A stretch of DNA of 64,000 nt, from the NCBI GenBank assembly GCA_050287845.1, contig JBNKCR010000007.1, positions 1 through 64,000 on the forward strand, written 5' to 3'. How positions within the stretch are numbered: the first letter of the stretch is position 1; each line of letters starts with the position of its first letter. Under the pieces are notes generated by a model. That model saw only the letters and a list, made by a program, of their open reading frames with translations. It searched no databases and was not told the DNA's origin. This DNA comes from Polyangia bacterium (GTDB lineage Bacteria; Myxococcota_A; Polyangia; JAAYKL01). Of the stretch, positions 41,187 to 49,523 are shown one piece after another. The position numbers and the translations under genes are program-made.

Positions 41187-43309
41187 ACCTTTCCGTTCTC
41201 AAATACGCAATGGTATCTGCATTATTGCTCGCGCTCTCTGGGCCAACCATGGCCCGTGCGGGGGGAGAGCATATCTGGGAGTTGGCCGGACACGATGAAT
41301 TCGCCCGGGGTGAGCTACTGCAGACTATGTTGTCCGATAAAGGCGAAATCCGGCCTGGACTGGCGAACGAGAAAATTGACATCGACGCTGTGGGGCTCAT
41401 CTGGTCTGTGGTAAAAGCCGAGGACGGCACGCTGTACCTGGGGACTGCCTACGACGGTAAGATATACCGTGTAGATGGCAATCGGGCGCACCTCATTGCC
41501 ACCACTGACAGCCTTGTGGTCACCGACATGCTCATCGATTCCAAAGGGACGCTGCTGGCATCCACCATTCCCGGATCAACCGTGTGGCGCATTTCCCATC
41601 CGGAAAAAATTGACGTGGAGGTTCCGGTGAAGGCGACGCCGCATGTGACCCTGGCTGCCGAAGAAATGATATGGACCATCGCCCTAGATGCGAAAACACA
41701 GACCCTATACATGGGTACCGGGCCAGAAGGAAAAATCTGGTCCGCCGGAAAAGACGGAAAGCCCCATCTGCTGCTCGACACCGAAGAAAAGCATATATTG
41801 GATATTCTCCCCACAGAAGACGGCATTCTGGCCGGAACCAGCCCCGGCGCGTTGCTACTGAAAGTGACTGCACCGGGGGTCAGTTTCGCGTTGGCGGATT
41901 TTGACGGCACAGAAGTGAAAAGCATCGCCGCGCTGTCCGCAAACCAATTGGCAGTGGCGGTGAATGAATTTGTTCATCCGAGAACCACACCCGGCTCTGC
42001 ATCCAAAGCCCCCAAACAGCCGGCATCTGCAATGGATGCGAGCGCCAGAGCCAGCACCTCACCGAGCACTAAAACCAGTTCAAAAGATCACAGCTTTGTA
42101 TATCTCGTGGATGCAACCGGAGCATTTGAGCAGGTGCTTGAGCAGAAGGGAACCCACATCACCGAAATCGCTGTTGCCGAGAACAACACCATTTTTGCCG
42201 CCCTGGGAAATGAAGGAAAAATCGTTTCAATCGCCAGAGATCGTTCCGTTTCCGAAGTGGCCGATCTGGCGGAACGGGAAGTGATGTGCGTGCTCGCCGA
42301 CAGCACCCTTTCGTTCGCCGCCACAGGTGATGCCGGTGCGGCCTATCGTTTTTCGGATACCCACATCCAGCCGGTATATCTGACTCCCGTACTGGACTCA
42401 AAAGCCGTTTCTCACTTCGGAAAATTATCGTGGATGGCCAGCGGCCCACTTCGGGTCAAAGGTCGCAGTGGCAATACCATCACCCCCACCGACAACTGGA
42501 CCGACTGGAGTGCGCCCATCAAACGCGGTACTGCGCCGTCACTGGCGCCGGGCAGATATGTCCAATTCCGGATTGAATGGCTGGATGCCACCACCAGCCT
42601 GATGCAATTCGAACTGTTTTACACCCCCGGTAACCGTCGAGCCGTCATCACCCACTTTACACCGGATACGCCATTTGCCGACACCCGGGGCGCGTCCACC
42701 GGCGAAGCGGGAACCAGCGAACGCACGGTTCGTCTGCGCCCCAGTGGCACCAATTCAAAGGATTTGTCTCTCAACTGGTCGGTGGACAATCCCGATAAGG
42801 ACAAGCTCCGATACCGCCTGTATTACAAACCCGTTGGCGTCTCGCTCTGGCTTCCCATTTTTAAGGATGAGGAACCTTTCACCGGTACGTATTACAGCTT
42901 TAAAACCGATACGGTGCCGGAAGGGCTGTATCACTTTAAACTGATTGCCGACGATTCCATCGAGAATCCGGCAGGCAGCGTGCTGACTGACGAAATGATT
43001 TCGGTGCCTGTTCCCATCGACAACCATCCGCCAACGATTTCCGAATTGAAAGTCGATACCGCAACGAATCGGGTTTCCGGGAAAGCCAGCGACTCCTGGT
43101 CCCCTATCGCCGCCCTGGATTACGCGGTGGACGGCGGCAACTGGATGCCGGTGGCCGCCTCAGACGGCATGCTGGATGCCCCCACCGAATCGTTTTCATT
43201 TGCCATTGTGCCCGCCCTTTCCAGGGGAGGCCATGTGGTGGCGGTACGGGCGATGGATCGCAATGGCAATTACACCGTCCGCGAACGTCATGTGGAGGTT
43301 TCCCAATAA
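41183..43309 (+). CDS. Secreted beta-propeller / Fn3-like protein coupled to the S55 peptidase
   Basis: Signal peptide; LYLGT, LYMGTGPEGKI blades; RSGNT..P...WTDWS; DNPDKDKLRY; DNHPP; ATGA overlap with S55. Confidence 0.78.
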   Translation: MNLSVLKYAMVSALLLALSGPTMARAGGEHIWELAGHDEFARGELLQTMLSDKGEIRPGLANEKIDIDAVGLIWSVVKAEDGTLYLGTAYDGKIYRVDGNRAHLIATTDSLVVTDMLIDSKGTLLASTIPGSTVWRISHPEKIDVEVPVKATPHVTLAAEEMIWTIALDAKTQTLYMGTGPEGKIWSAGKDGKPHLLLDTEEKHILDILPTEDGILAGTSPGALLLKVTAPGVSFALADFDGTEVKSIAALSANQLAVAVNEFVHPRTTPGSASKAPKQPASAMDASARASTSPSTKTSSKDHSFVYLVDATGAFEQVLEQKGTHITEIAVAENNTIFAALGNEGKIVSIARDRSVSEVADLAEREVMCVLADSTLSFAATGDAGAAYRFSDTHIQPVYLTPVLDSKAVSHFGKLSWMASGPLRVKGRSGNTITPTDNWTDWSAPIKRGTAPSLAPGRYVQFRIEWLDATTSLMQFELFYTPGNRRAVITHFTPDTPFADTRGASTGEAGTSERTVRLRPSGTNSKDLSLNWSVDNPDKDKLRYRLYYKPVGVSLWLPIFKDEEPFTGTYYSFKTDTVPEGLYHFKLIADDSIENPAGSVLTDEMISVPVPIDNHPPTISELKVDTATNRVSGKASDSWSPIAALDYAVDGGNWMPVAASDGMLDAPTESFSFAIVPALSRGGHVVAVRAMDRNGNYTVRERHVEVSQ

Positions 43310-44163
43310 TGACGCCACTATCTGACCGATTAAAAAACAAAAAAGTGGCGGTGGCTTTTTCATCCGGATTTTTCGGATTCTATCACCACGCCGGCGTTCT
43401 GAAGGCGCTGCTTGAAGCAGGCGTTGTTCCCGTCCACGTTTGCGGTACCAGCGCCGGTGCCATCGTAGCAGCTCTGTATGGCGCAGGTCTGAACGGACCT
43501 GAAATCTGCGAAGCCCTGCTGAAGATTGAACGCCGGGATTTCTTTGACCTTCAGTTTCCTTTTTCCAAAAAAGGTTTCGGGTTTCTGGCCGGTGAAAAGC
43601 TGGGGGCCGCATTGGCAAGGCTGCTTCCGGTGCACAGTTTCGAAGCATGCCGCGTTCCCGTATCTGTTGGCGTTTACCGGGTGAAGGACGGCCGTTCGGT
43701 TCAGATTCGAAGCGGTTCGCTGATTCTGGGGGTTCGCGCGTCGTGCGCCGTGCCATACATGTTTCAGCCGGTAGAAATTGACGGCAACATATACTGGGAC
43801 GGCGGATTTCAGGAAAAAACCCCCCTTGGACATCTGGTGCACGAAGACGTGGACACCGTTTTTGTTTCCCACATGCCGCCCCGGGAACACCGCAACGGCA
43901 AGGTGCCCAAAGAAGGGCTGTTCTCCAATATTTCGTTTTTCGCGGATACGCCGCCGGAGGAACGACGGGAACGGGATCGCGCCGCCGTACGCATATTGAG
44001 AGAGCACGGAAAAAACGTGCAGGTCTTTTCGCCGGATCGTATCTGGCTGGGGCCGTATTCTCTTGACAGAGCCGAAGAAGCCATGGCGTTTGCATACGAG
44101 CGTGCCAAAGAGGCATTGGCATCCACCCACGAAATGCTTCCGGGCAGCGACGAGCTGAAATAA
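43309..44163 (+). CDS. Patatin-like phospholipase
   Basis: SSGFFG variant Gly-rich loop, GTSAG nucleophile, ASCAVP, DGG; TAATG overlap with the upstream gene. Confidence 0.9.
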   Translation: MTPLSDRLKNKKVAVAFSSGFFGFYHHAGVLKALLEAGVVPVHVCGTSAGAIVAALYGAGLNGPEICEALLKIERRDFFDLQFPFSKKGFGFLAGEKLGAALARLLPVHSFEACRVPVSVGVYRVKDGRSVQIRSGSLILGVRASCAVPYMFQPVEIDGNIYWDGGFQEKTPLGHLVHEDVDTVFVSHMPPREHRNGKVPKEGLFSNISFFADTPPEERRERDRAAVRILREHGKNVQVFSPDRIWLGPYSLDRAEEAMAFAYERAKEALASTHEMLPGSDELK

Positions 44164-44185
44164 CCCCTCACAAAGGAACTGCTTC

Positions 44186-44623
44186 ATGAGCAAATTCGTT
44201 CTCGACGAAAGACTGTGCGAAGATTGCATCTGGTTGATGCAATCGGAGAATATCCACATCCTGCTGATGAACAACTCCCTTGTGCCCTGGTTCATCCTGG
44301 TGCCGCAAACCTCTTCAATTGAGCTGCATCACCTGCCTGCTTCCCAGTTTGATAACCTGATGTCCACCCAACTGCTGCTCGCCAGATTCGTCGAATCCCA
44401 TTTTACCATCGATAAAATCAACATCGGCGCCATTGGGAATGTGGTCTCCCAACTCCACGTGCATGTCATCGGCCGATGCAGAGACGACCATTGCTGGCCC
44501 AACGTCATCTGGGGCAATCCCAAAAAAACGGCATATACTGAAGAACGCATCAGGGATATCCAGCAGATGCTGGTTGCCTTCTGCAAAGAGAACAATCAGG
44601 CGTCTGCGACAATCTCCCGGTAG
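44186..44623 (+). CDS. HIT family protein
   Basis: PWFILVP, KINIGAIGNVVSQLHVHVIGR, WPNVIWG. Confidence 0.92.
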   Translation: MSKFVLDERLCEDCIWLMQSENIHILLMNNSLVPWFILVPQTSSIELHHLPASQFDNLMSTQLLLARFVESHFTIDKINIGAIGNVVSQLHVHVIGRCRDDHCWPNVIWGNPKKTAYTEERIRDIQQMLVAFCKENNQASATISR

Positions 44624-46452
44624 GTTTCTGAAAATTCTTTTCGGGCGATACGGTAGATTTCCATTTTGTCAGGCAGAGGCAGCGTGGTGACCAGCATGTC
44701 GCCTTCGGCCACCACCTGGGCCTCTCCCCAGGGTGCCGAAATGTAGAACGCGTCTTCCTGCCCAAAGAGACTGAGCACACCACGGTCCACGGGGATGCCC
44801 CGCACTTTACCAACGGGTTTGTACATTCCCCAGCCTTCCTCCTGCGACGTCATCAATTCGTAGCGTTTGGCGAAGGTGGATTCGTTTACAATGTACAATT
44901 CCTTTGCTCCGGTCTGGTTCTGCACCACGTAATCGCCTGCCCTGGCGGTGTTCACCGTTTCTCTTCCAGATTCCACCACCGATGCCACCACTTCTTTCGG
45001 CATTGCCCGGCGCGCACGCACTTTAAGGAACTTTTCGTAATTCTTGCCGGTGGATTTCATCAGTTCAGAGACACTGGACACCACCGCTTTCTGAGAGATG
45101 CTGCAGTACGCTTTGAAATCATCGATAATCCGGATGAACGGCCCCCGTTTATCGGTCGGAACGGGTGAAACCAACATTTCGAACAGTTCAATGCACTGGG
45201 CATATTCCCAGTTGGCAAGGGTTTCCGGCGACGCTTTTTCCAGCAGCACACTGGCATCACGTTCGTTCTGTTGATGAAACGCCACCATCATTCGCGCGAT
45301 GGTGGTCCATCTGTCCACCCTGTTCAGCAGGCGTTTGCGTTCGGTAATCCGCAGAATATGAGTGGCGATGTCGGCTGCTCGCCCGACATCGGTGGCATCG
45401 TTTCTCTCGGCGTACAGGGCCAGCAGGTGGAGCGCACAGCGATACTCATTCAAATCCAGCAACATGCCCTCCTCATAGTGGGCAATGGCGGTATTGAGGG
45501 CGCGTTTTCGTTTGGGAAGGTTTTCGAGTTGCTGATACTCCTGTTTATGAAACATCCCCAGAAGACGACATCGCTCGCTGGTGCGACCAAACTCCTGATT
45601 GAGCATTTCAATCTGTGCAATGGCCTTCGCGGTTTCGCCCAATTTGCTTCTGGCCCACGATGTCTGTTCGATGAACCAGGGGCGCCTGGGGATATCCCCC
45701 GTCAAGGTGCTATAGAAATCCACCACAGCCCGCCATCCCAGCACATCTCTGACCAGCTCAAACAGCTCCCGTACACAATAGGCCGGAAGACTGGATACAT
45801 TGTGATTGGCCAGAATATCCCTGGCGGACTTTCTGGCCGACTCAATGTTGATGCTGATTTGATGTTTGCACGCGGCAAGGTCTGTCTGAAAGCGACGAAG
45901 CGCATCCCGGGTTTCCCGCAAGTCACTGCTCTCCCCCCGTGCCAGCGTTTTCCCGTCCAGCAATTCCCGCACCGGATTCTGCGCTATATCAAGGTGTATC
46001 AGCGCCTCCCGGATTTGCGCTCTCACATCGCTGTAGTTATCATTACGAACCGCCTCCCGGCTGAGGGAATAAGTGACCCGGCGTATCTGTTCCAGATCAA
46101 ACACGGGCCGCGCCCAGTCTGCAGCCAGCAGCAGACACCCTTTTCTGCTACCCCCATGCCGGAGTCCAATCTCGTAATACACATTGGCATTGGGAATTGA
46201 AATGTCGGAAAGCACAATGTCGGCAAGCATCAACTGGGCAACCATGTCCCGCACGATCAGCGACCCCTCCTGCTCGTCTGCCCGAACCGGAAGATACCCC
46301 TCGGCTTCCAGCGCCGGGCGATATCCCTGTTGCCAGAGTTGGTCAAAATCTATCTCCGACGGCGCCAGGACGTCGCCAGCCCCTGTTTTCTTTTTACCAA
46401 ACGGCATCACCACAAACGCGATTTTCAACGGCTGACCGACCTCATTCATCAC
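44596..46452 (-). CDS. DRHyd/NDT-like (DUF4071, ASK/MAP3K TRAF-binding-like) + TPR-S + tandem PGDYG-like domain protein
   Basis: AFVVMPFG...RAD...ADIVLSDISIPNANVYYEIGLRHG; TPR-S-like LLGMFHK...AIAHYEEG...DRW; two C-terminal Y-x-K/P...V-R...GD-Y/M...Y...F...Y repeats; GGGAG RBS. Confidence 0.75.
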   Translation of the reverse strand: MMNEVGQPLKIAFVVMPFGKKKTGAGDVLAPSEIDFDQLWQQGYRPALEAEGYLPVRADEQEGSLIVRDMVAQLMLADIVLSDISIPNANVYYEIGLRHGGSRKGCLLLAADWARPVFDLEQIRRVTYSLSREAVRNDNYSDVRAQIREALIHLDIAQNPVRELLDGKTLARGESSDLRETRDALRRFQTDLAACKHQISINIESARKSARDILANHNVSSLPAYCVRELFELVRDVLGWRAVVDFYSTLTGDIPRRPWFIEQTSWARSKLGETAKAIAQIEMLNQEFGRTSERCRLLGMFHKQEYQQLENLPKRKRALNTAIAHYEEGMLLDLNEYRCALHLLALYAERNDATDVGRAADIATHILRITERKRLLNRVDRWTTIARMMVAFHQQNERDASVLLEKASPETLANWEYAQCIELFEMLVSPVPTDKRGPFIRIIDDFKAYCSISQKAVVSSVSELMKSTGKNYEKFLKVRARRAMPKEVVASVVESGRETVNTARAGDYVVQNQTGAKELYIVNESTFAKRYELMTSQEEGWGMYKPVGKVRGIPVDRGVLSLFGQEDAFYISAPWGEAQVVAEGDMLVTTLPLPDKMEIYRIARKEFSETYREIVADA

Positions 46453-46476
46453 AACTTCTCCCTCTGTTATGCGTCG

Positions 46477-46504
46477 AATATATCACTCCCCGGGGGACCT
46501 TCAA
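46477..46504 (-). promoter_or_regulatory. Putative sigma70 promoter for the DRHyd-TPR-S gene
   Basis: Minus strand TTGAAG-N16-TATATT with extended -10 TG, about 25 bp upstream of the start codon. Confidence 0.5.
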
Positions 46505-46773
46505 CCGGTTTCTGAGAAGCAGCTGCCCAATGTACCGTGATCCCACCTGGTACAGCGCCCCGTAGGTTGGGGACCAGATCACGCAGGGCCAACCGCTGAG
46601 GGCAAGACGCGCTGACGAAGGACTGGCAGCGCCAATTCAAGGAGGCGCAACGCAGCCATCGGTGATTGGAACAAGTGAGATGGTCCCCAACTTATGGGAA
46701 GCTGTACTCGGCGATATGCCGGCGCATTGGCGAAAATCTGACCGAGAGCGGTGAGCACGGGTGGGGGTTCCCG
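46491..46773 (+). ncRNA. Unassigned structured RNA candidate (about 285 nt)
   Basis: Nested helices 46491-46506/46759-46773, 46527-46537/46720-46730, 46550-46556/46701-46707, 46559-46576/46681-46698 (18 bp with 2 G-U), tandem GA/GA, 46579-46582/46675-46678; G-U wobbles favour the + strand. Confidence 0.55.
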
Positions 46774-46807
46774 AATGGATGATACGATTTGAAAGGAAAG
46801 AATTCCG

Positions 46808-48625
46808 TCAGATGGACAACGTGGCGCCGGCGGTGGCGGAAACAATCTGCTTCACACATTCGGCGTCGTCCGGCTGATAGGAATAGTTGGGGTGTCCTGC
46901 GGGCGCTGCTCCGGTGGATTCCCAGTCATCGGCGTTGGCCAGTGTATCGTCTGAAACCGACCAGGTAATGCCCGCCCCCACATAATTGTCCCGCAGATCC
47001 CAGTATCCCGCGACATCGCTGTATCTGGACGTAATGGGATTTTCGCAATATTCAAAATAGTTCGCTTCCACCAGTGCAATGCCCCCCATGCGCACGTTGA
47101 TGCCGCTGCTCAGGATTTCATTGTAATAGTTGTTGAACAGATGCGTAAAACCGAACCGTTGCAGCGGCGTTCTGGAAACCACATTGCTGTACCAGTTGTG
47201 ATGAAATGTTACATACCGCTCGGTGGGGGCACCACTGCTGTCAGTGGCATCGTCATCGGTGTGTCCAATCAATCCTGTCTTCTGGTGATCGTGCAGGTGA
47301 TTCCACGAAATGGTAATATATCGCGCCCCTTTCTTTATATCGATGAGACCGTCAAACTCTGTATCCCCTGCACCGTCACAGTCGTCCCGGGTGGAACTGA
47401 ACAACTCATTATGATGAATCCATACATTCTCCACATCACCGTTGGTGCCATTGCCTTCCAGGGTAATCGCATCGGAATCGCCGCCCCCGGGCAAAAGACC
47501 CATTGTCATGTTACGAATGATTACGTTTTTGGCCCGGTTGACCTTGATACCAAAATTGGCACTGGACCCGGCCGTTCCCTCAAAGGTTACATTTTCCATT
47601 TCCTTAATCTGAAGAATACGGGCATCTTTTGAATGTTGCGCACAGACATCTGTAATCGAGGAAAAATCGAATTTTCCGTTATACCGAATCACCAGAGCCT
47701 CCCGGGAACCATTCTTGAAGGCATCCCTGTAGGCGGCCAGTGCCGATTCCGCCTGCTCAAAGCTACTCACTACTACGGGACTGGCATTGCCGCCGCCTGT
47801 GGTATTTTTTCCGTAGCCAGTAGGCCCCGTGGGTTCCGCGGGAACCGTGCAATCCGCCAGGGGATTGGTGTCCTCTTCACCGGTATCCGGCCCGGACCCC
47901 GTGTCGGTATCCGTATCGGTATCTCCATCATTGCCACAGGTGCCAGCGGCCACACCGGGGCCAGTCACACTCAGACTGTCTATATTGGCCAGACCAGCGT
48001 CCGCAGCAGCACTGAGTTCAATGAGATGTGTGCCTGCCTCCACGGTAAGCGTATGGGACATAATATCCCAGGTTGTCCATCCGCCGGTGGAACTGAAAGC
48101 AATGGTATTGGCAGGCGCCCCATCCAGCATCAGTACCGCGACCCGATTGCCCTCTTCGAGAGAATAGCGAAATGTCAGTTCAAGGTCTCCAGCGGTGCCC
48201 ACATCCACCGACCAGACGATCCCGGCCCCTGCCTCATTGTCTGCATTGATATATCCCGCCCCCTTATACCCGCTGTGTTCGGTCTCGATGTCACCTTTAA
48301 AATCGCACACATCCCCTTCTTCGAAAACCACACTCGATGCATTCGCGTTGCTACCCGTATCTGAATCCCCAGCGCTATCCGAGTCGGTGTCATTGTCCGT
48401 ATCCGTATCGGTATCGCTATCCGCGTCGCTATCCGTGTCCGTATCTGTATCCGTATCGATGTCCGTGTCCGTGTCCGTGTCCGTGTCCGTATCCGCATCC
48501 GTATCCGTATCCGTATCGGCGGTCCCGGTGCCCTCTGTATCGTCACCACCAGACGGCTCGTCGTCACAGGCGAAAAGAATCATTCCTGATATAAAAATCA
48601 GCAAAACAGAAATTCGGGGTCTCAT
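46808..48625 (-). CDS. Pectate lyase (PL1) lipoprotein with Asp-Thr linker and CBM35/CBM6-like module
   Basis: Lipobox LFAC; DTDT linker; EHSGYKGAGYIN...TGGWTTW...NIDSL CBM; TTGGG, NVIIRN, VWIHHN, DGLID, TISWN, TFHHN, SRTPLQR, NNYY. Confidence 0.92.
   Translation of the reverse strand: MRPRISVLLIFISGMILFACDDEPSGGDDTEGTGTADTDTDTDADTDTDTDTDTDIDTDTDTDTDSDADSDTDTDTDNDTDSDSAGDSDTGSNANASSVVFEEGDVCDFKGDIETEHSGYKGAGYINADNEAGAGIVWSVDVGTAGDLELTFRYSLEEGNRVAVLMLDGAPANTIAFSSTGGWTTWDIMSHTLTVEAGTHLIELSAAADAGLANIDSLSVTGPGVAAGTCGNDGDTDTDTDTGSGPDTGEEDTNPLADCTVPAEPTGPTGYGKNTTGGGNASPVVVSSFEQAESALAAYRDAFKNGSREALVIRYNGKFDFSSITDVCAQHSKDARILQIKEMENVTFEGTAGSSANFGIKVNRAKNVIIRNMTMGLLPGGGDSDAITLEGNGTNGDVENVWIHHNELFSSTRDDCDGAGDTEFDGLIDIKKGARYITISWNHLHDHQKTGLIGHTDDDATDSSGAPTERYVTFHHNWYSNVVSRTPLQRFGFTHLFNNYYNEILSSGINVRMGGIALVEANYFEYCENPITSRYSDVAGYWDLRDNYVGAGITWSVSDDTLANADDWESTGAAPAGHPNYSYQPDDAECVKQIVSATAGATLSI
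48366..48543 (-). repeat. 6-bp-period Asp-Thr/Ser coding repeat in the pectate lyase linker
   Basis: (GAYACG)n-type run on the minus strand. Confidence 0.9.
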
Positions 48626-48811
48626 GCATACACCTCTGGTTTAAAGTTTCCTATTTGAAGTCGTTCCCGCGTATTCCCAATCAGGGACAATTAAATGGCC
48701 CAATGGTCAGACCACTTTTGTTTGTATTTCCGCAGTAAATCATATTCTTCGGCTTTTCATCGAAGAATATGTTCATCAACCTATCTGTGTCTTTCAGAAA
48801 CCCAAAACGGA

Positions 48812-48825
48812 TGTAAACGCTAACG
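48812..48825. promoter_or_regulatory. Possible LacI-family operator upstream of the pectate lyase
   Basis: TGTAAACGCTAACG, a near-palindrome with central CG, in the divergent intergenic region. Confidence 0.35.
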
Positions 48826-49003
48826 TTGCAAAAAATGATGAATTGAAACGGGAGGGGTGAAGCACTGGTTCTATACAATCATATGGCCAGGTTTCACACA
48901 TGGACAATTGCGATTCAGGCGGGTTCTGTGGTACTGCCCCTCCAAACCGATAACCGCATTTCCGGCAACCTGCGGAATGCGCCCCGAGCGGAGCGGAAAA
49001 CCT

Positions 49004-49513
49004 ATGGCGATGATAAAGGAAATCAACGGATGGATTCCTCAGATAGACCCGACTGCATTTGTGGCTGACAACGCCGTGATCACCGGAGAAGTGAAGATTG
49101 CCGCCAATGCCGGCATCTGGTACGGCGTCATTATACGCGGAGATATGGGACTCATTGACATCGGCGCGGGCAGCAATATCCAGGATGGCACCGTGATTCA
49201 CTGCACCCGGGAACACTCTGTCACCCGGGTGGGCAAAGACGTCACCGTTGGCCATCGAGCCGTGCTCCACGGCTGTACACTCGAAGACTGTTGTCTCATC
49301 GGCATGGGCGCCATTGTCATGGATAACGCGGTGGTAAAGAAACACACCATCGTGGCTGCCGGCGCCGTAGTGCTCGAAAACCAAATCCTTGAAAGCGGCT
49401 ACATCTACGCGGGCACACCAGCGAAGAAAATCAAACCCCTCTCACATGAACAGGTTGACGGACTACAGGCCCACGCCCATCACTACGTGGAGCTGCTGGA
49501 CTGGTACCGGTAG
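49004..49513 (+). CDS. Gamma carbonic anhydrase family protein (YrdA/PaaY-like)
   Basis: IIRGD, SNIQDGTVIH, VTVGHRAVLHGC, IGMGAIV, AGTPAK; start moved to ATG 49004. Confidence 0.93.
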   Translation: MAMIKEINGWIPQIDPTAFVADNAVITGEVKIAANAGIWYGVIIRGDMGLIDIGAGSNIQDGTVIHCTREHSVTRVGKDVTVGHRAVLHGCTLEDCCLIGMGAIVMDNAVVKKHTIVAAGAVVLENQILESGYIYAGTPAKKIKPLSHEQVDGLQAHAHHYVELLDWYR

Positions 49514-49523
49514 CCCCCGACCC

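Noticed and set aside
43309..46452. Patatin + HIT + DRHyd-TPR-S as one CBASS-like defence operon
   Set aside because: No CD-NTase; the patatin is an SSGFFG-type enzyme coupled to the S55 operon, and the DRHyd gene is on the opposite strand, so adjacency may be coincidental
46491..46773. Assignment of the structured element to TPP or c-di-GMP-I riboswitch, SRP, 6S, tmRNA, hammerhead, attC or retron msr-msd
   Set aside because: Only fragments match (CUGAGA; CAGGGCCAACC...GACGC; CUGACGA). Required cores are missing: the TPP UAAU loop, GACGCAAA, SRP helix 8, hammerhead GAAA and attC R boxes. No reverse transcriptase or integrase is nearby
46579..46845. 88-aa minus-strand ORF across the structured element
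   Set aside because: No RBS or recognisable motif; overlaps the pectate lyase end; the base-pairing pattern explains the region better
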